Assembly: GCF_018350175.1 (NCBI RefSeq) | Contig: NC_058383.1 | Span: 19,656,001-19,720,000, forward strand | Direction: 5' to 3' | Length of the DNA stretch: 64,000 nt | Source: Felis catus | Taxonomy: Eukaryota | In this document: positions 60,340 to 64,000 of the stretch, in pieces | How the letters are laid out: the number at the start of each line of letters is the position of its first letter | Position numbering within the stretch: position 1 is the stretch's first letter | The notes under the pieces: model-generated | Told to the model about the DNA's origin: nothing | The model's database searches: none | What the model saw: the letters and a program-made list of their open reading frames with translations, nothing else | Made by a program: the position numbers and the translations under genes

Positions 60340-62244
60340 TTTTTGTGGATAAATCCTACCAGAAGTTTGTCTATTTTATTAGTCTTTAATAGGACCAGTG
60401 TTTGATTTCTATAATCAATTTTCTTTTCTTTTTTGTTTTATTCATCTCTGCCTTTTGCTTTATTATAATTTCCTCCCCCCCCTCCCCCATTTTCTCTGGG
60501 TTATTTAGTTGTTATTTACCTTTTAAATTCAACACTTAAATTTTTTCGTGTTTTATAGTAAGTATTTAAAGCTATAAATCCCCCTGTAACTGTTGTTTTA
60601 ATTGGATCTCACAAGTTTCATTATGTGAGGCTTCTTTTTGTCATTCATTTCTAAATATTTTGTAATTTCCATATTGGTTTTCTTTTTAATACATATGTAT
60701 TTTTCAGTTTCCAAATGTATATGTTCTTTTTCTCTTAAGAATGTTTTACAATCTTTCAACATACACCAAGGTATGAACACTAATATAACGATCACTTAGC
60801 TTAATGCTTATCAGGCTTAATTTTATTTTTCGTAAGTAACAGATGCACATGATAAACAAAAATCTTGTCTTCGGGACCTTCTCCTCAGAGGCAATTTCAG
60901 TAAGTAATTTAAGGTCTGTAAGTGGTATGGGTTTCTCGCTGGCTGTCTTTCTGTTGATTCTTCATTTTACTTCATTGTGGTTTGTGAATGTGGTCTATAG
61001 ATTCTTTGGAATTTATTGAGGCTTCCTTTGCGGCCAGTATACAGTCAATTTCTGTAAATGTTCCAAGTATGTTTGAAAAGAACAGATGTGCTGATGTTTT
61101 TTTTTTTTTCTAAAACACAAACCTGATCTCATCACTTCCTCCCCGATAGCTTTTGTGGTCTTCAGCTAAAAGACGACCCTCTTAGCCTATGATTTGGCCC
61201 TAGGCTTCCTCTCTAGCCAGGTTGCTTGGCCACCTGCCTTATGTACAAGGAATTTATGTCCATGTAGCTCCTGGACCTTTCAGGGCCAACTTTCAGAAGA
61301 AAATTTGAACTGGCAGAATGTTCTGTAGCAAACAGTCCAATGTCTGGCGCATCGAGGGTCCTAACGGAGACTCACTGAGCTAGCTTCTGAGGGTGGAGTC
61401 ACATTGAGGCAGGACAGTCACCTGCCGGTGGGTCACTCACTCATCTGGAACGCCAGTCCTTACTACTTGCTTCTGGTGAAGCCAGTTCACCTCACTGGGA
61501 CCTCTGGTTGCTGTATCCCTCCATGCTAATGTCCCAGCACTTTCTCTCCCTCCTATGTCTGCCTGCCCATACCATGGTGGGCGACTTCAAAGACCCTCCC
61601 ACCAACAATCTCCAGTTGCTCTGACTTCTAGGGTCAGCTGTATTGGTTCAACCCAAACCCACCCCATGAGGAGTCTACACAGAGCTTCTGCTCTGGGGCC
61701 CCTGGTAGGGCGATGGGAGATTGAGGGGGATCGGGAGTGACTCTCCTCCCTACGCATTTATGATGGTTTCAACCTTAGCTGGGACCTCACTTTTGCCTTC
61801 CCTTTGGCATGTGTTCCAAACCTTTGATTCCCCTCAAATCCCTGAGCGTCTCCCAACTCCTTTGTTTAGCAGAATGATAGCTTTGCTGCTTTGTGGAGAA
61901 AATAGGAAACACCAGGGGTGAACCTTTCTTTATCTAACCATTTTTACCTCCTTCCCTCCAGTTTCAGAAATGTCTCTTCTTCCTTTCTGGGGTCAAAGAA
62001 AAACCTGTCTCCATATGCCCTTGACCCCATCCTCTCCTGTCTCCCCTGTTTTTTATTCTATTGGTTATTCCCTCTACTCCTCTTCATGTCTCCCCTTCCC
62101 AAACCACGCTTTCTAGAAGTAGTCAGCACCCCCTTCTCCCCTTCTTCAGCTTCCATGCACTCACTTGTCGTGGAGGCCAATCCAGCTTCCTCCTGTTTCT
62201 ATGGGCTCTTGTTGGCCATCACATTCTAAACGGGTGGCACATCC

Positions 62245-62444
62245 TTCTTCTTCTTCTTTTTTTAGTGTTTATTTATTTTGTGTGTGTGAGAAAGCGAGAG
62301 AATGAGCAAGGGAGGGGCAGAGAGGATCTGAAGTGGGCTCTCCACTGAATCAGAGAGCCCAATGGGGGCTTGAACCCACAAACCGTGAGACCGTGACCTG
62401 AGTCAAAGTCAGATGCTTAACCAACAGAGCCACCCAGGTGCCCC
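62245..62444 (-). mobile_element. Carnivore SINE within L2-like relic
   Basis: TSD GTGGCACATC(C/T)TT. Confidence 0.9.
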
Positions 62445-63166
62445 TATGTGGCACATCTTTCTTGATCTCTCCAGAGCACTGACAATTCAGACCACACCCT
62501 GCTACTCAATACTCCCTCCCACCTGTTTTCCTCTGATACCACTTGGCCTTGAATTCCTTTCTTGTCTTTCTACCTCCTTTCTTGGCTCTTTGATCCTGAA
62601 ATGTCGGTGTTCCCAGTGTTTTCTATCCATGGGTCTCTGTTTTTATTCCTCTACCCACCCACCCCCCTTCCCAGGAAAGCACACATGTCATCACAAAGGG
62701 GCATACTCTTTACCAAACTTCAAACAAGGGCTGCCATAGGGCGATGCCCACGGATTACCCCCATTTTTCAAGAGCTGTCAGATACCCTAGGGTTTTATGT
62801 GCAATGTTTCAGCTTTAATTATTGGTAATGAATTCAAAATTTTATAAAACTATGCAGGGTAAACAAAACATAGATGGTCTCCATAGAGCTGTTCTCTTCT
62901 CTGAGTGCCCCGGAGGCATTTTATAAAGTATTTTATTAGTAAAGATAACTCACATCGAGGCCTTACTATGCATCAGATACTCTAAGTGGTTTGCACTATG
63001 AACTCCTCTCTTCTCAACGATGTATCAACAATGTGCTATTATTATCCCTGCTTTATAGATGAGCAGACTGGGATGGACAGCTTCAGTATTTTGTCCTGGG
63101 TCTTAGAGATACTGAGTTTAAGAACCAGAATTCAAATCCAGACAGTCTAGCTCTCCAGCTCAAGTG

Positions 63167-63361
63167 TTTTTTTTTTTTTTTTAAGTTTATTTATTTATTG
63201 GGGGGGGGGGGGGAGAGGGAGAGAGAATCCAAGCAGGCTCCTCCGTGCTGTCATGGCAGAGCCGGAAATGGATGGGGCTTGATCTCGCAACCGTGAGGTC
63301 ATGACCTGAGTGGCAATCAAGAGTCCGATGCTTAACGGACTGAGCCACCCAGCCGCCCCCC
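63167..63361 (-). mobile_element. Carnivore SINE inserted in a MIR
   Basis: TSD AGCTCAAG on both sides. Confidence 0.9.
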
Positions 63362-64000
63362 AAGCTCAAGCTCTTAACTAGTACACTCTACAGCTTTCCT
63401 CCCTCAGCAGACAGGGAAACTGAGGTCCAGAGAGGTTGAGAAATTGTCCAAGATCACAGGAGCGGTAACCGGTCAAGTAGGGATTTGAAGTTATCATCAC
63501 AGAGATAGATGCTTGCACTCTGCTGTTCTGTAATCAGTTACCTGTTTCCCTGCTAGACTGCGTCCCCGGGAACTGGGAGGCAAGCGTTTGTAAAATGAGT
63601 GCCCTCGCCTGGCAGAGTCCACTCACTTCTCTTAATAACTTCATTTGCTTCTCCCAACAATCCCTAGTTAAGACAGTAGCACATTGAATCAGCTCTTCCA
63701 ATGTGCGTGATTTCTTTCAAAACCTCATGAACACACTATTTCCTGGGGACCATTATCATCCCCATTTAACAGAAGAAGAAACTGAGGCTCAGTGACTTGC
63801 CCAAGATCTGACAACTAGTAGGTGGCAGAGCCAGGATTTCAGTTCAAGCTATGTGACAACAGAGCCCTCATTGCTGACCCTGAGGCCACAGTGTCGGTTG
63901 TACAGATGGGGACACTGAGGCCCCGGGGCAGCGTACTGGCTTGTGTCCGCGGAGCCATGACTTTTAGGGGGAGGATCCCGCTGCATGCCTCCCCTTCCGA

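Noticed and set aside
1230..63369. Recurrent short ORFs such as GAWVAQSVKRPTSAQV and ERERETQN
   Set aside because: Translations of SINE consensus, not a gene family
1..64000. CRISPR array, prokaryotic defence system, intact provirus or other novel multi-gene system
   Set aside because: No regularly spaced repeat-spacer array, no operon-like ORFs, no gag/pol/env; the window is explained by IL4R 5' regulatory DNA plus mammalian repeats

Overview
Mammalian genomic DNA, almost certainly from a felid: it carries about 40 tRNA-derived carnivore SINEs, including near-consensus Felis-type copies, plus carnivore L1s. The only gene feature I can support is the CpG-island promoter and non-coding first exon of IL4R on the minus strand (exon ~21655-21554, donor CAG|GTAGGA). 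It was identified by similarity to the human IL4R 5' UTR as I recall it, not by a database search. Positions 1-21553 are therefore IL4R 5'-UTR intron. I found no IL4R coding exon, so the ATG exon probably lies just left of the window. Positions 21.9-64 kb are upstream intergenic DNA dominated by SINE, L1, L2, MIR, MaLR/ERV LTR and DNA-transposon relics. I see no intact protein-coding ORF and no evidence of a novel multi-gene system. Points worth follow-up: a candidate intronic STAT/PU.1/RUNX enhancer; an upstream ATG in exon 1; the apparent counterpart of the human exon-2 acceptor; a chimeric L1 inside one TSD pair; a twin-primed L1; a polyadenylated LTR retrocopy; and a local templated duplication. 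Repeat family names are by-eye calls and boundaries are approximate.
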